In this document: positions 9,936 to 20,057 of the stretch, one piece after another
Layout of the letters: every line of letters starts with the position of its first letter
Position numbering within the stretch: position 1 is the first letter of the stretch
Origin: an uncultured Clostridia bacterium
Lineage (GTDB): Bacteria > Bacillota > Clostridia > TANB77 > CAG-508
Assembly: GCA_944388605.1 (NCBI GenBank)
Contig: CALXJJ010000003.1
Span: 3,091-67,090 of the forward strand
Length of the DNA stretch: 64,000 nt
Direction: 5' to 3'
Made by a program: the position numbers and the translations under genes
Notes under the pieces: generated by a model
What the model was told of the DNA's origin: nothing
The model's input: only the letters and a program-made list of their open reading frames with translations
Database searches by the model: none

Positions 9936-10370
9936 TTATATCACCTCTGTCTTTCCACCTAAAGCTTCAATTTTTTCTTTTGCAGCTTTAGTAAATCTTA
10001 CAGCTTTAACTGTTAATTTCTTTTCAAGATTACCAGTAGCAAGAATAACTATTCCATCTTTCTTCTTACTAATGATACCATCTTTAATTAAACTTTCTGC
10101 TGTAACTTCTTCTGTAGTTGCTTTATTAAGCATTGTTAATGTTACTTCAACATAGTCTTTTGCATGTATATTAGTGAAACCTCTTTTTGGTAGTCTTCTA
10201 TATAATGGTGTTTGACCACCTTCGAAACCTCTTCTAACACCACCGCCAGATCTAGCCTTTTGACCTTTATGTCCTCTTCCAGAAGTCTTACCTAGTCCTG
10301 AACCTATTCCACGTCCAACTCTAGTCCTTGTTTTACTTACTTTAGCTGATCTTATTTCTCCTAGCTTCAT
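9936..10370 (-). CDS. rplO: 50S ribosomal protein L15
   Basis: [24 protein letters not shown]. The ATG at 10370 is preceded by AGGAGGTG; the track start at 10382 is a GTG inside that RBS. Confidence 0.95.
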   Translation of the reverse strand: MKLGEIRSAKVSKTRTRVGRGIGSGLGKTSGRGHKGQKARSGGGVRRGFEGGQTPLYRRLPKRGFTNIHAKDYVEVTLTMLNKATTEEVTAESLIKDGIISKKKDGIVILATGNLEKKLTVKAVRFTKAAKEKIEALGGKTEVI

Positions 10371-10394
10371 GATGATTAGCACCTCCTATTTTAA

Positions 10395-10889
10395 TTATAA
10401 TATATCTTCTACTTTTTTATCTCTTTTTTTAGCCACTTGCTCTATTGTTTGCATACTTTTTAATCCTTCTATTGTAGCATAAACAACATTTCTTGGATTG
10501 TTAGTTCCTATAACTTTTGTTCTTATATCTCTATATCCTGCAAGTTCTAAAACTGGTCTAACGCTTCCTCCTGCTATAACTCCAGTACCTTCTGTAGCTG
10601 GTTTTAACATAACTTTAGCACTTCCAAACTTTCCAACATATTCGTGAGGAATTGTTGTTCCTACTAGTGGTACTTGTACTAAATTCTTTTTAGCTTCTTC
10701 TATAGCCTTTTTTATAGCATCTGGAACTTCTGCCGCTTTACCATTTCCTACACCTACACATCCAGCTCCATCTCCTACTACCACTACAGCACTAAATCTA
10801 AAAGTTCTACCACCTTTAACAACTTTAGCAACTCTATTTATAGCTACAACTTTCTCTTTTAATTCTGTTTGCTTTTCTTCGTTTTGCAC
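10395..10889 (-). CDS. rpsE: 30S ribosomal protein S5
   Basis: [25 protein letters not shown]. Confidence 0.97.
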   Translation of the reverse strand: MQNEEKQTELKEKVVAINRVAKVVKGGRTFRFSAVVVVGDGAGCVGVGNGKAAEVPDAIKKAIEEAKKNLVQVPLVGTTIPHEYVGKFGSAKVMLKPATEGTGVIAGGSVRPVLELAGYRDIRTKVIGTNNPRNVVYATIEGLKSMQTIEQVAKKRDKKVEDIL

Positions 10890-10904
10890 TTACTTTCCCT
10901 CCTT

Positions 10905-11264
10905 TTAGAATTCTAATCCACCACTTCTTGCGGCTTCTGCTAACTCTTTTATTACACCATGGTAAATATATCCACCTCTATCAAATACTACAGTCTTAAT
11001 ATTTTTTTCGATGGCTTTTTTTGCAATTAATTCTCCTAATTCTTTTGCTGCTATTTTATTTGCATGCTTTTCCTTTATTTCATTATCTAAAGTACTTGCA
11101 CTTACTAGAGTATTTGCTACAACATCATCTATTATCTGTACATATAAAGCTTTATTACTTCTAAAAACACATAGTCTTGGACGTTCTGCAGTTCCTTTTA
11201 TTTTTCTACGTACTCTTATATGTCTTCTAACTCTTTGTGCTTTTCTGTCTATTTTCTTTATCAT
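10905..11264 (-). CDS. rplR: 50S ribosomal protein L18
   Basis: [20 protein letters not shown]...[27 protein letters not shown]. Confidence 0.97.
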   Translation of the reverse strand: MIKKIDRKAQRVRRHIRVRRKIKGTAERPRLCVFRSNKALYVQIIDDVVANTLVSASTLDNEIKEKHANKIAAKELGELIAKKAIEKNIKTVVFDRGGYIYHGVIKELAEAARSGGLEF

Positions 11265-11351
11265 TTTAATCTCCTTTCTAACTAATGTTTTTGCACTAGT
11301 TTATTTTAGATTTTCTTTTTATTACTAGACTAATTTTAATTAATACTAGGT

Positions 11352-11411
11352 GAACAAATAAAATTTTCGACATAGTACCAGTTGTACATTGAAACAATTT
11401 TTATTGAGTTC
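11352..11411 (-). other. Structured element in the 178-nt rplF-rplR spacer
   Basis: The outer stem GAACAAATAAAATT (11352-) pairs with AATTTTTATTGAGTTC (-11411). An inner hairpin is GTAC-CAGTT-GTAC. It contains TTCGACA. Confidence 0.4.
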
Positions 11412-11442
11412 TAATAACACAGTACTAAGTTTTTCATTAAAA

Positions 11443-11982
11443 TTATTTCTTACCTGCTTTACCTTCTTTACGTCTAATATGCTCTTCAGCATATTTAATA
11501 CCTTTACCTCTATAAACTTCAGGTGGTCTTTTAGTTCTTACAACAGCTGCTGTTTGACCAACAACTTCTTTATCAATTCCTCTTACTGTAATATGGTTAG
11601 CATCTGGAACATCAAAAGTAATTCCTGCAGGTGGATCCATTTCAACTGGATGAGAATATCCTAAATTCATTACCAATTTATTTCCTTTTTTCTGTGCTCT
11701 ATACCCAACTCCATTTATTTCTAAATCTCTTTTATATTCATTAAGAACTCCTTCAATCATATTATTTATTAAAGTTCTTGTTAGTCCATGTAAACTTTTA
11801 TTAAAAGGCTCATCATCAGGTCTTATTACAGTTATAGTTTTATCTTTTAATGAAACATTCATATTTTTGTGTAAATCTTTTTCTAAAGTTCCTTTTGGTC
11901 CTTTAACTGTAATATGATTACCATCTATTTTAACATCAACACCATCTGGCACTGTAATAGGCTTGTTTCCTATTCTTGACAT
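11443..11982 (-). CDS. rplF: 50S ribosomal protein L6
   Basis: MSRIGNKPITVPDGVDVKIDGNHITVKGPKG. Confidence 0.97.
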   Translation of the reverse strand: MSRIGNKPITVPDGVDVKIDGNHITVKGPKGTLEKDLHKNMNVSLKDKTITVIRPDDEPFNKSLHGLTRTLINNMIEGVLNEYKRDLEINGVGYRAQKKGNKLVMNLGYSHPVEMDPPAGITFDVPDANHITVRGIDKEVVGQTAAVVRTKRPPEVYRGKGIKYAEEHIRRKEGKAGKK

Positions 11983-12081
11983 AATTTTTCCCTCCTTTTT
12001 ATTTATTAAAATCTATATATCATTTATTTTATTCAAATACATTATATCTTTCAACATAATATCAAATTGGTTTATTATTTA

Positions 12082-12480
12082 TTACCAAACATAAGCTAAT
12101 ACTTCTCCACCTAAATTAGCTTCTCTTGCTTCTTTATCAGTTTTTAGCCCTTTAGATGTTGATACTATAGCAATTCCTAATCCATTTAATACTTTTGGTA
12201 ATTCATCTTTTGATGCATACACTCTTAAACCTGGTTTACTAATTCTTTTTATTCCAGAAATAACTCTTGCACCTTTATCATCATATTTTAAACTAATTCT
12301 TATAATACCTTGATTTTCATTTTTTATTTCTTCATAAGCTCTAATATATCCTTCTTTAAATAATATTTCAGCAATTGCTTTTTTCATATTAGATGCTGGT
12401 ACATCTACTGTTTTATGCTTAGAGCTGTTTGCATTTCTTATTCTTGTTAGCATATCTGCAATAGGATCTGTTATGTTCAA
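12082..12480 (-). CDS. rpsH: 30S ribosomal protein S8
   Basis: [22 protein letters not shown]. Confidence 0.97.
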   Translation of the reverse strand: MNITDPIADMLTRIRNANSSKHKTVDVPASNMKKAIAEILFKEGYIRAYEEIKNENQGIIRISLKYDDKGARVISGIKRISKPGLRVYASKDELPKVLNGLGIAIVSTSKGLKTDKEAREANLGGEVLAYVW

Positions 12481-12516
12481 ACTAATTCCCTCCTTTATGA
12501 TTTTCTATAGTTTATA

Positions 12517-12702
12517 TTACCAACTTGCTTTCTTAACACCAGGAATCTCACCTTTATGTGCTAACTCTCTAAAACAAACACGGCAAATTCCATATTTTCT
12601 TATATAAGCATGTGGTCTACCACAAATTTTACATCTATTATATTCTCTTGTTTTGTACTTTTGTGGTCTTGCTTGTTTTACTTTTAATGATTTTTTAGCC
12701 AT
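12517..12702 (-). CDS. rpsZ: 30S ribosomal protein S14, zinc-ribbon (type Z) form
   Basis: 61 aa: [61 protein letters not shown]. The ATG at 12702 has AAAGGAG upstream; the track start at 12720 is a TTG. Confidence 0.95.
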   Translation of the reverse strand: MAKKSLKVKQARPQKYKTREYNRCKICGRPHAYIRKYGICRVCFRELAHKGEIPGVKKASW

Positions 12703-12772
12703 TTTTTTCTCCTTTCTCAATTTTTATCTTATATCAAATTACTATTTCACTATAATTATCTTTAAATTAATC

Positions 12773-12873
12773 AAAAGCGAGTATTGCTAGGAAATCTAGC
12801 AAAAAAGTTTGAAATAATACTTTGTGTATATTGAGAACTTTTTTGTGACTTGACAATGCAAGACGAAGCTTTT
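12773..12873 (-). other. Structured element in the 155-nt rplE-rpsZ spacer
   Basis: The ends AAAAGC (12773) and GCTTTT (12873) are complementary. An inner perfect hairpin is TTGCTAG-GAAAT-CTAGCAA. It shares the AAGCGAG...CAATGCAA...AGCT frame with the element at 22771-22894. Confidence 0.4.
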
Positions 12874-12875
12874 CA

Positions 12876-13415
12876 TTAATTTTTAAATGGCATTCCTAAT
12901 AGAGTAAGTAATTCTTTAGCTTCTTCATCTGTCTTTGCTGTTGTCACAAATATAATATCCATTCCTCTTATTTTATCTATTTTATCATATTCAATTTCTG
13001 GGAATATTAACTGCTCTTTAATACCCATTGAATAGTTTCCTCTTCCATCAAAAGAATTAACTGATACTCCTCTAAAATCTCTCACTCTTGGAAGTGCTAC
13101 ATTGAATAGTTTATATGCAAAATCATACATTTTTCCTTTTCTTAATGTTACTTTACATCCAATATTAACACCTTCTCTTAATTTGAATGCTGCTATAGCC
13201 TTTTTAGACTTTGTAATAACTGGTTTTTGTCCTGTTATTATTTTTAAATCATTTACAGCATTATCTAGTGATTTTGGATTGTCTTTAATATCTCCTAATC
13301 CTATATTTATAACTATTTTTTCTAATTTAGGAGCCTCCATCACAGATTTATATCCAAACTTTTTCATTAAAGCTGGAAGTACTTCTTTTTCATATTGCTC
13401 TTTTAGTATTTCCAT
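12876..13415 (-). CDS. rplE: 50S ribosomal protein L5
   Basis: 179 aa. [12 protein letters not shown]...RDFRGVS...[20 protein letters not shown]. Confidence 0.97.
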   Translation of the reverse strand: MEILKEQYEKEVLPALMKKFGYKSVMEAPKLEKIVINIGLGDIKDNPKSLDNAVNDLKIITGQKPVITKSKKAIAAFKLREGVNIGCKVTLRKGKMYDFAYKLFNVALPRVRDFRGVSVNSFDGRGNYSMGIKEQLIFPEIEYDKIDKIRGMDIIFVTTAKTDEEAKELLTLLGMPFKN

Positions 13416-13448
13416 AAGTCTAAATAGACCTCCTTTCTTTTATTACTC

Positions 13449-13760
13449 TTATTTGATTTTTGTATTACATTTTTTACATACACGAATTTTCTCATCTTTT
13501 TCTATGCTAAATCCTATTCTTGTAGGTTTACCACATTTAGGGCATATAACAGCTACTTTACTTATATGTATAGGACATTCTGATGGTATAATTCCTGCTT
13601 GTTCACCTTGTTTTCTTTGTTTCACATGTTTCTTTCTTACATTTACACCTTTAACGATTATCTTTTCTGATTTAGGTATAACCTGTAAAACTTCTCCTGT
13701 TTTACCTTTGTCATTCCCTGATAAAATCATTACATTATCGCCTTTTTTTACCTTTAACAT
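13449..13760 (-). CDS. rplX: 50S ribosomal protein L24 with a C-terminal CxxC...CxxC
   Basis: MLKVKKGDNVMILSGNDKGKTGEVLQV (KOW motif); CPKCGKPTR...CKKCNTKI. Confidence 0.96.
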   Translation of the reverse strand: MLKVKKGDNVMILSGNDKGKTGEVLQVIPKSEKIIVKGVNVRKKHVKQRKQGEQAGIIPSECPIHISKVAVICPKCGKPTRIGFSIEKDEKIRVCKKCNTKIK

Positions 13761-13791
13761 TTATTTTTCGCCTCCTCTAGGTTTTAACATT

Positions 13792-14160
13792 TTATAAAAC
13801 TTCTGGTGCTAGAGAAAGTATTTTCATATAATCCTTATCTCTTAGCTCTCTTGCAACTGGTCCAAATATACGTGTGCCTCTTGGGTTTCCATCTTCTTTT
13901 ATAATAACAGCTGCATTTTCATCAAATCTAACATAAGAACCATCAGCTCTTCTTGTTGGTTTCTTTGTCCTAACAACAACGGCTTTTACTACGTCTCCTT
14001 TTTTTACAACTCCTCCTGGTGTTGCAGTCTTAACAGAAGCTACTATAATGTCACCGATTCTAGCATATTTTCTATATGAACCGCCTAAACATCTAATACA
14101 CATAATTTCTTTTGCTCCAGTGTTATCGGCTACTTTTAATATAGTTTGTTGCTGTACCAT
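13792..14160 (-). CDS. rplN: 50S ribosomal protein L14
   Basis: [23 protein letters not shown]. Confidence 0.97.
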   Translation of the reverse strand: MVQQQTILKVADNTGAKEIMCIRCLGGSYRKYARIGDIIVASVKTATPGGVVKKGDVVKAVVVRTKKPTRRADGSYVRFDENAAVIIKEDGNPRGTRIFGPVARELRDKDYMKILSLAPEVL

Positions 14161-14189
14161 TTTACGATTCCTCCTTTTTACATTGCTAT

Positions 14190-14453
14190 TTATTTAATAA
14201 CTGCCTTTTCTAAGATTTCAACTATTCTCCATCTTTTATCTTTTGACAAAGGTCTTGTTTCCATAACTTTAACCTTATCTCCAGTATGGCATTCATTCTT
14301 TTCGTCATGAGCTTTTAATTTATATGTTTTTTTCTGAATTTTTCCATAAGTTTTATTCATTTCGCTTGTTTCAACAGCTACTACTACTGTTTTATCCATT
14401 TTATCAGAAATAACTGTACCAATCATGACTTTACGAAGATTTCTTTCTTCCAT
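14190..14453 (-). CDS. rpsQ: 30S ribosomal protein S17
   Basis: 87 aa. [17 protein letters not shown]...[33 protein letters not shown]. Confidence 0.96.
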   Translation of the reverse strand: MEERNLRKVMIGTVISDKMDKTVVVAVETSEMNKTYGKIQKKTYKLKAHDEKNECHTGDKVKVMETRPLSKDKRWRIVEILEKAVIK

Positions 14454-14471
14454 TAGAGTATCTCCTTTCTA

Positions 14472-14672
14472 TTATTTATTCTCTGCTAATTCTCTTTCTC
14501 TTAAAACTGTATTTATTCTTGCAATGTCTTTTTTCACTTCTTTTATTTTCATAGGATTATTTGAATTTCCTGATTTTAAACTAAATCTTAATTTAAAAAG
14601 TTCTTGTTTCAATTCTCCTAATTCTTTCTCTAAATCTGGTGAAGACATTTCCTTTATTTTATTTATCTTCAT
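14472..14672 (-). CDS. rpmC: 50S ribosomal protein L29
   Basis: [32 protein letters not shown]. The ATG at 14672 is preceded by AGGTGGTGA; the track start is an upstream GTG. Confidence 0.95.
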   Translation of the reverse strand: MKINKIKEMSSPDLEKELGELKQELFKLRFSLKSGNSNNPMKIKEVKKDIARINTVLRERELAENK

Positions 14673-15102
14673 CTTTTTCACCACCTACTTCAGTTTCCTT
14701 CTTTACAAATTTACATTTTACTGATAATTTGTTAGCTGCAAGTCTTAGTGCTTCTTTTGCTGTTTCTTCTGAAACTCCAGCAATTTCAAACATAACTCTT
14801 CCAGGTTTTACTGGAGCTACCCAATATTCAACAGCACCCTTTCCTTTACCCATACGAGTTCCTATAGGTTTGCTTGTCATTGGCTTATCTGGAAAAATCT
14901 TAATCCAAACTTGACCTCCTCTTTTTATATAACGAGTCATAGCAATACGTGCAGCTTCTATTTGGTTTGATGTTATCAATCCTATTTCTAAAGATTGAAG
15001 ACCAAACTCACCATTTGTTACTTTGTTACCTCTTGTTGCCTTTCCTCTTATTCTACCTTTTTGCAATTTTCTATATTTTGTTCTTTTTGGCATTAATGGC
15101 AT
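14659..15102 (-). CDS. rplP: 50S ribosomal protein L16
   Basis: [25 protein letters not shown]. Confidence 0.97.
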   Translation of the reverse strand: MPLMPKRTKYRKLQKGRIRGKATRGNKVTNGEFGLQSLEIGLITSNQIEAARIAMTRYIKRGGQVWIKIFPDKPMTSKPIGTRMGKGKGAVEYWVAPVKPGRVMFEIAGVSEETAKEALRLAANKLSVKCKFVKKETEVGGEKDEDK

Positions 15103-15761
15103 TATTTGTCTCCTCCTTCCACTTTCTTTTTAGCTGGAAGAACTTCACCTTTATATATCCAAACTTTAACACCGATTTTTCCGTAAGTAGTATCTGCTTC
15201 TGCAAATCCATAATCGATATCTGCTCTCAATGTTTGAAGTGGTATTGTTCCTTCTTTATAGAATTCTGTTCTAGCCATATCAGCTCCACCTAATCTTCCT
15301 GAAACTGATGTTTTAATTCCTAATGCTCCTGCTTTCATTGTTTTTTGCATGCATTGTTTCATAGCACGTCTAAAAGAGATTCTTCTTTCTAATTGTCCTG
15401 CTATATTCTCAGCTACTAATTGAGCATCTATATCTACATTCTTTACTTCTATAATATTTAGGTTAACCTCTTTACCTATCATTTTCTCTATCTCAGCTTT
15501 TAAGCTTTCAGCAAAATTTCCACCTTTTCCTATTACTAATCCAGGTTTTGCTGTATAAACATTTACCTTAACAAATTTAGCTGTTCTTTCAATTTCAACT
15601 TTTGAAATACCGCTAGTGTATAACTTCTTTTTTACATATTCACGAATTTTATGGTCCTCTATCAAATAATCACTGAAATGCTTTTTATCAGCATACCATT
15701 TTGAGTTCCAATCTTTGATGATACCTACTCTTAATCCATGTGGATCCATTTTTTGTCCCAT
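15102..15761 (-). CDS. rpsC: 30S ribosomal protein S3
   Basis: [24 protein letters not shown], with a KH domain. Confidence 0.97.
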   Translation of the reverse strand: MGQKMDPHGLRVGIIKDWNSKWYADKKHFSDYLIEDHKIREYVKKKLYTSGISKVEIERTAKFVKVNVYTAKPGLVIGKGGNFAESLKAEIEKMIGKEVNLNIIEVKNVDIDAQLVAENIAGQLERRISFRRAMKQCMQKTMKAGALGIKTSVSGRLGGADMARTEFYKEGTIPLQTLRADIDYGFAEADTTYGKIGVKVWIYKGEVLPAKKKVEGGDK

Positions 15762-15781
15762 GTCTTAATCGTCCTCCTTCC

Positions 15782-16117
15782 TTATTCTCTCTCTCCTAAT
15801 ACTATTGTTATATGGCTTGTTCTTTTTCTTATTCTTACTGCAGAACCTTTTGCTGCTGGTCTTATTCTTTTTAAAGTAGGCCCTTGATTAGCATATATTT
15901 GTTCTACATATAATTTAGAATGTTCCATATTATGATTATTTTCAGCATTTGCAATTGCTGATTTTAATAACTTTTCTATAATCTCAGATGAAGCTTTTGG
16001 AGTAAATTTAACTATAGCTAATGCTTCATCAACATTTTTACCTCTTATTAAATCTGCAACTATTTTCACTTTTCTTGATGAAATCCTTGCAAATTTTAGT
16101 GTTGCTTGTGCTTCCAC
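15782..16117 (-). CDS. rplV: 50S ribosomal protein L22
   Basis: [32 protein letters not shown]. Confidence 0.97.
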   Translation of the reverse strand: MEAQATLKFARISSRKVKIVADLIRGKNVDEALAIVKFTPKASSEIIEKLLKSAIANAENNHNMEHSKLYVEQIYANQGPTLKRIRPAAKGSAVRIRKRTSHITIVLGERE

Positions 16118-16166
16118 TTTGTTATCCCTCCTTCTTTAATTTAGGAATTATTTAACTAAAATAATT

Positions 16167-16442
16167 CTAGCTCTTTGTTGTTTTTTCTCCTGCATGACCC
16201 TTAAATGTTCTTGTAGGAGCAAATTCACCTAATTTATGTCCTATCATTTCTTCAGTAATATATACTGGTACATGTTTTCTACCATCATGAACAGCTATTG
16301 TATGACCAACCATTTGAGGATAGATTGTAGAAGCTCTTGACCATGTCTTTAATACTTCTTTATTACCATTTTCATTCATAGCTTCAATTCTTTTTAATAA
16401 TTCTGGTGCTATAAATGGTTTCTTTTTGCTTGATCTTGACAT
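16167..16442 (-). CDS. rpsS: 30S ribosomal protein S19
   Basis: [19 protein letters not shown]...[38 protein letters not shown]. Confidence 0.97.
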   Translation of the reverse strand: MSRSSKKKPFIAPELLKRIEAMNENGNKEVLKTWSRASTIYPQMVGHTIAVHDGRKHVPVYITEEMIGHKLGEFAPTRTFKGHAGEKTTKS

Positions 16443-16456
16443 ATTTTATTTCCTCC

Positions 16457-17284
16457 TTACTTTCTTCTCTTTACTATAAATTTATCAGATTTTTTATTTT
16501 TCTTTCTTGTTTTATATCCAAGTGCTGGTTTGCCCCAAGGTGTCATTGGTCCTGCATGACCGATAGGTGCTCTACCTTCACCACCACCATGTGGGTGATC
16601 TACTGGATTCATTACAGATCCTCTAACTTCTGGACGTTTACCCATATGTCTACTTCTTCCAGCCTTACCTAATTTTATGTTTTCATGATCTTGATTACCA
16701 ACTGTTCCAATTGTTGCTCTGCACACAACCATAATTAATCTCATTTCTCCTGAAGGAAGTCTAATATGTGCATATTTTCCTTCTTTTGCCATTAATTGAG
16801 CTTCCTGACCTGCTGCTCTTACTAATTTACCACCTTGCCCAGGATTTAACTCAATATTATGAATCATTGTACCAACTGGAATATTTTCTATTTTCATACA
16901 ATTTCCTGGTTTTATATCAGCTTTATCACCTGATACAACTTTATCTCCATCTTTCAAACCTAATGGTGCTAAAATATAGCTTAATGTTCCATCTTCATAT
17001 TTTATTAATGCTATATTTGCACTTCTATTTGGATCATATTCTATACCTACAACAGTAGCTACCATATCATCTTTTTTTCTCTTAAAATCAATTATTCTAT
17101 ATTTTTGTCTATTACCTCCACCTTGATGTCTTACAGTAATTCTACCATATGAATTTCTTCCTGAATTTTTCTTTTTTACATCCAATAAAGATTTTTCAGG
17201 TGTCTTTTTTGTTATTTCATCAAATGTAGAAACTGTCATGTTTCTTAATGATGGAGTAATTGGTCTAAATCTTTTTGTTCCCAT
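16457..17284 (-). CDS. rplB: 50S ribosomal protein L2
   Basis: 275 aa. [16 protein letters not shown]...[14 protein letters not shown]. Confidence 0.97.
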   Translation of the reverse strand: MGTKRFRPITPSLRNMTVSTFDEITKKTPEKSLLDVKKKNSGRNSYGRITVRHQGGGNRQKYRIIDFKRKKDDMVATVVGIEYDPNRSANIALIKYEDGTLSYILAPLGLKDGDKVVSGDKADIKPGNCMKIENIPVGTMIHNIELNPGQGGKLVRAAGQEAQLMAKEGKYAHIRLPSGEMRLIMVVCRATIGTVGNQDHENIKLGKAGRSRHMGKRPEVRGSVMNPVDHPHGGGEGRAPIGHAGPMTPWGKPALGYKTRKKNKKSDKFIVKRRK

Positions 17285-17338
17285 TTTTTTCTCTCCTTTA
17301 TAATTTATTTTCCTGGTTTATTTCCAGATAATTTTATT

Positions 17339-17686
17339 TTATGCTCCTATAAATTCATCTATTGAAGTCTTATATTTCTTTTGAGCTTTAACTTGTTTTC
17401 CACCTTTTGTTAAATAAGTACTTTCTCCTACATTAGTATCTATTTTAACAATTGCTTTTTTCCAGTCAGAAGTTTTTCCTACATATCTTCCAACTCTTTT
17501 TTCTTTTCCTTTAACCATCATTGTGTTAACTTTTAATACTTTAACATTAAATAGTTTTTCTACAGCTTTAGCTATATCAACTTTTGTAGCCTTTTTTGCT
17601 ACTTTAAAGGTATACTTTCCTTCCTGAATTTCTTCATTGCTTTTTTCAGTAACAACAGGTTCTATTATAATTTCCTCTGCTATCAT
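17339..17686 (-). CDS. rplW: 50S ribosomal protein L23
   Basis: EPVVTEKS...[27 protein letters not shown]. Canonical position between rplD and rplB. Confidence 0.93.
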   Translation of the reverse strand: MIAEEIIIEPVVTEKSNEEIQEGKYTFKVAKKATKVDIAKAVEKLFNVKVLKVNTMMVKGKEKRVGRYVGKTSDWKKAIVKIDTNVGESTYLTKGGKQVKAQKKYKTSIDEFIGA

Positions 17687-18309
17687 TATGCGTACACCTC
17701 CTCTAATTTTTTAACTGTATCCATTGTTATAACTAAGTTTTTGTATTTTAATAAATCATATACATTAATAGTATTTACTAAAGTTGTTTTAACTCCTTCA
17801 ATATTTCTTGCTGATTTTTGCACTTTTTCTTCTCTTTCAGGAAGCATTATTAGTGTTTTTCCTTCAGCTTTAATATTTTCTAATATTCTTACCATTTCCT
17901 TAGTTTTAATTTCTTTTAATTGTATATTATCTATAACTATTAATTCATTTTCTAAAACTTTAGAACTCAATAAAGATTTTATTGCTAATCTTTTTTCTTT
18001 TTTATTAACAGTGTACTTATATGAACGTGGTTTTGGTCCTAATGCTATACCACCTTTTATCCATTGTGGTGCTCTTATAGAACCTTGTCTTGCTCTACCA
18101 GTTCCTTTTTGTCTCCATGGTTTTTTTCCTCCACCACGAACTTCTGCTCTTGTCTTTGTACTTTGTGTACCCTGTCTTTGATTTGCTAAATAATTAACTA
18201 ATACACTGTGTACAACTTTTTCATTTGGCTCTATGCCAAATATTTCGTCTTTTAATTCTATGCTTTTTACTTTTTTACCTTCTATATCGTATACATCTAT
18301 TTTTGGCAT
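17686..18309 (-). CDS. rplD: 50S ribosomal protein L4
   Basis: [39 protein letters not shown]. Confidence 0.97.
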   Translation of the reverse strand: MPKIDVYDIEGKKVKSIELKDEIFGIEPNEKVVHSVLVNYLANQRQGTQSTKTRAEVRGGGKKPWRQKGTGRARQGSIRAPQWIKGGIALGPKPRSYKYTVNKKEKRLAIKSLLSSKVLENELIVIDNIQLKEIKTKEMVRILENIKAEGKTLIMLPEREEKVQKSARNIEGVKTTLVNTINVYDLLKYKNLVITMDTVKKLEEVYA

Positions 18310-18323
18310 CTTTTCTTCCCTCC

Positions 18324-18953
18324 TTATGCTTTAACACTTGATTTTATTTTTAAGATAGAACCTTTTGCTCCAGGTACACTACCTTTAACTAAAATTACAT
18401 TTTTATTTAAATCAACTTTTACAACATCCAAATTTTGTATTGTAACTGTTACTCTTCCCATATGACCTGGTAATCTTTTTCCTTTAAATACTCTACCTGG
18501 TGTTGAAGTTGGTCCCATTGATCCTGGTCTTCTATGATACATAGATCCATGTCCCATTGGTCCTCTTGATTGTCCATGACGTTTAATAACGCCTTGGAAT
18601 CCTTTTCCTTTTGATATTCCTTGTATGTCTACTTTATCACCAACTGAAAATACATCGGCTTTTAATTCATCTCCAACTTTTAATTCATTAATATCATCTA
18701 TTCTAAATTCTCTTAAATGTTTTTTTAATGTTAATCCCGCTTTTGTAAAATGACCTTTTTCAGGGTTTGTTAATTTACTTTCTTTAACTTCTCCATATCC
18801 TAATTGTATAGCATTATATCCATCTGTTTCCACAGTTTTTACTTGTGCTATAATACAAGGACCTGCTTCTATAACTGTTACTGGAATAACTTTTCCTGTT
18901 TCATCAAATACTTGAGTCATTCCAATTTTCTTTCCTACTAAAGTTTTATTCAT
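18324..18953 (-). CDS. rplC: 50S ribosomal protein L3
   Basis: [29 protein letters not shown]. Confidence 0.97.
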   Translation of the reverse strand: MNKTLVGKKIGMTQVFDETGKVIPVTVIEAGPCIIAQVKTVETDGYNAIQLGYGEVKESKLTNPEKGHFTKAGLTLKKHLREFRIDDINELKVGDELKADVFSVGDKVDIQGISKGKGFQGVIKRHGQSRGPMGHGSMYHRRPGSMGPTSTPGRVFKGKRLPGHMGRVTVTIQNLDVVKVDLNKNVILVKGSVPGAKGSILKIKSSVKA

Positions 18954-19026
18954 TTTTTCCTCCTAACTATTGGCTGATAAGGTTAAATTTACATGTCTAT
19001 GTACTATCAGCTTAGTTTTAAAAAAA

Positions 19027-19350
19027 CTATAATTTTATTTCTATATCAACACCTGCTGGCAAATCAATTTTCATTAAACTGTCAACTGTTTTTTGTGTTG
19101 GGTATAAGATATCTATAACTCTTTTATGTGTTCTCATTTCAAATTGCTCTCTTGAGTCTTTATCTTTATGTGGAGAACGTAAAATTGTTACTATCTCTTT
19201 TTCTGTTGGTAATGGAATAGGACCTGAAACTTTTGCTCCTGTCTTTTTAGCAGTATCTACTATCATTTCAGCAGACTGTTCTAAAACTCCATGGTCATAA
19301 GCTTTTAATCTTATTCTAATCTTCTCACTTTCTACTTTGTTTGTTTGCAT
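19027..19350 (-). CDS. rpsJ: 30S ribosomal protein S10
   Basis: [40 protein letters not shown]...[11 protein letters not shown]. Confidence 0.97.
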   Translation of the reverse strand: MQTNKVESEKIRIRLKAYDHGVLEQSAEMIVDTAKKTGAKVSGPIPLPTEKEIVTILRSPHKDKDSREQFEMRTHKRVIDILYPTQKTVDSLMKIDLPAGVDIEIKL

Positions 19351-19566
19351 TTTGCATTTCCCTCCTTCTATATTTATGGTCGGAAGCTATAAACGCACCC
19401 TGGTGTTTCTTTTTTTACCAATATAAAATCCAAAGTCTGCATGATAACTTTGGGATAAGTGCTTTTTTTATTAAACTTACCGCCTGGTCTAAGCCATAAC
19501 ATACTCCATAGGAGTTCCCTCCAACCTCAGTTGTAGCCACATCCTACTTCATCGCTTTTTTCATGC
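19351..19566 (-). promoter_or_regulatory. About 215-nt G+C-enriched structured 5' leader of the S10 operon
   Basis: It lies between the predicted TSS (about 19566) and the rpsJ ATG. It contains the hairpin ATCCCAAAGU...ACUUUGGAU (19428-19456) followed by UUUAUAU, alternative GGAG-GGAA-CUCC and CUCC-UAU-GGAG hairpins (about 19503-19528), and a second copy of the SD-like octamer GGAGGGAA (19515-19522, versus the real SD at 19358-19365). Confidence 0.55.
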
Positions 19567-19572
19567 TTTTAT

Positions 19573-19601
19573 ATTATACAATGCTTTTAGACTTATGTCA
19601 A
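19573..19601 (-). promoter_or_regulatory. Sigma-A type promoter of the S10 operon
   Basis: On the minus strand: TTGACA (19601-19596), a 17-nt spacer, then TATAAT (19578-19573). Both hexamers match the consensus exactly. Confidence 0.7.
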
Positions 19602-19819
19602 TACAAAAAATAAGAAATTTTCATATTTATATTTACTATCACTGGTTTAATCTATTATATTTTATTTATTATAAAAATAAAATTTATCTCATCTACAAGT
19701 TTTGACATTTTTTTCAAATAGTACATGCTATAATTAAAAAAATAGTTCCATTATACTAACAAATCAATTAACAAATATGAAATAAAATTTATTCTTCATA
19801 CAAAATAGGAGTGATACAT

Positions 19820-19966
19820 ATGAGGATAGAATTATTAATTTTAAAAAACAGAGCAAAACTTGAGCATATGATAAAAATAGGAGCTCCCTATGAAAAAATA
19901 TTAAAACAAAGTCAACTGTTAGATAAATACATAAATGAAAAAATGAAAAGGTTAACTTCAAAATAG
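19820..19966 (+). CDS. Spo0E-like sporulation regulatory protein (aspartyl-phosphate phosphatase family), 48 aa
   Basis: Absent from the ORF track (<60 aa). AGGAG sits 8 nt upstream of the ATG. Sequence: MRIELLILKNRAKLEHMIKIGAPYEKILKQSQLLDKYINEKMKRLTSK. The ...SQxLDxxI... helix pair is the Spo0E-family pattern, and a terminator hairpin overlaps the stop. Confidence 0.65.
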   Translation: MRIELLILKNRAKLEHMIKIGAPYEKILKQSQLLDKYINEKMKRLTSK

Positions 19967-19977
19967 TTAGCCTTTTC
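19950..19977 (+). terminator. Intrinsic terminator of the Spo0E-like gene
   Basis: GGTTAACT (19950-57) pairs with AGTTAGCC (19965-72) and is followed by TTTTCT. Confidence 0.5.
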
Positions 19978-20057
19978 TAATATATAACATCTATTGAGCA
20001 TAAATTTACTAAACTGATAAATATAAAAGTATAAATTTTAATGCTTTCCCATTTGCT

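Noticed and set aside
637-18181. Many track ORFs lie antisense to or out of frame with recD2, the r-protein genes and secY. Examples are 637..834, 2144..2575, 3559..3942, 9076..9534, 13102..13797 and 17741..18181.
   Set aside because: Each is fully embedded in a confidently identified gene on the other strand or in another frame. Their products are low-complexity Phe/Leu/Ile/Ser-rich strings typical of antisense reading of AT-rich coding DNA. No RBS or family signature was seen.
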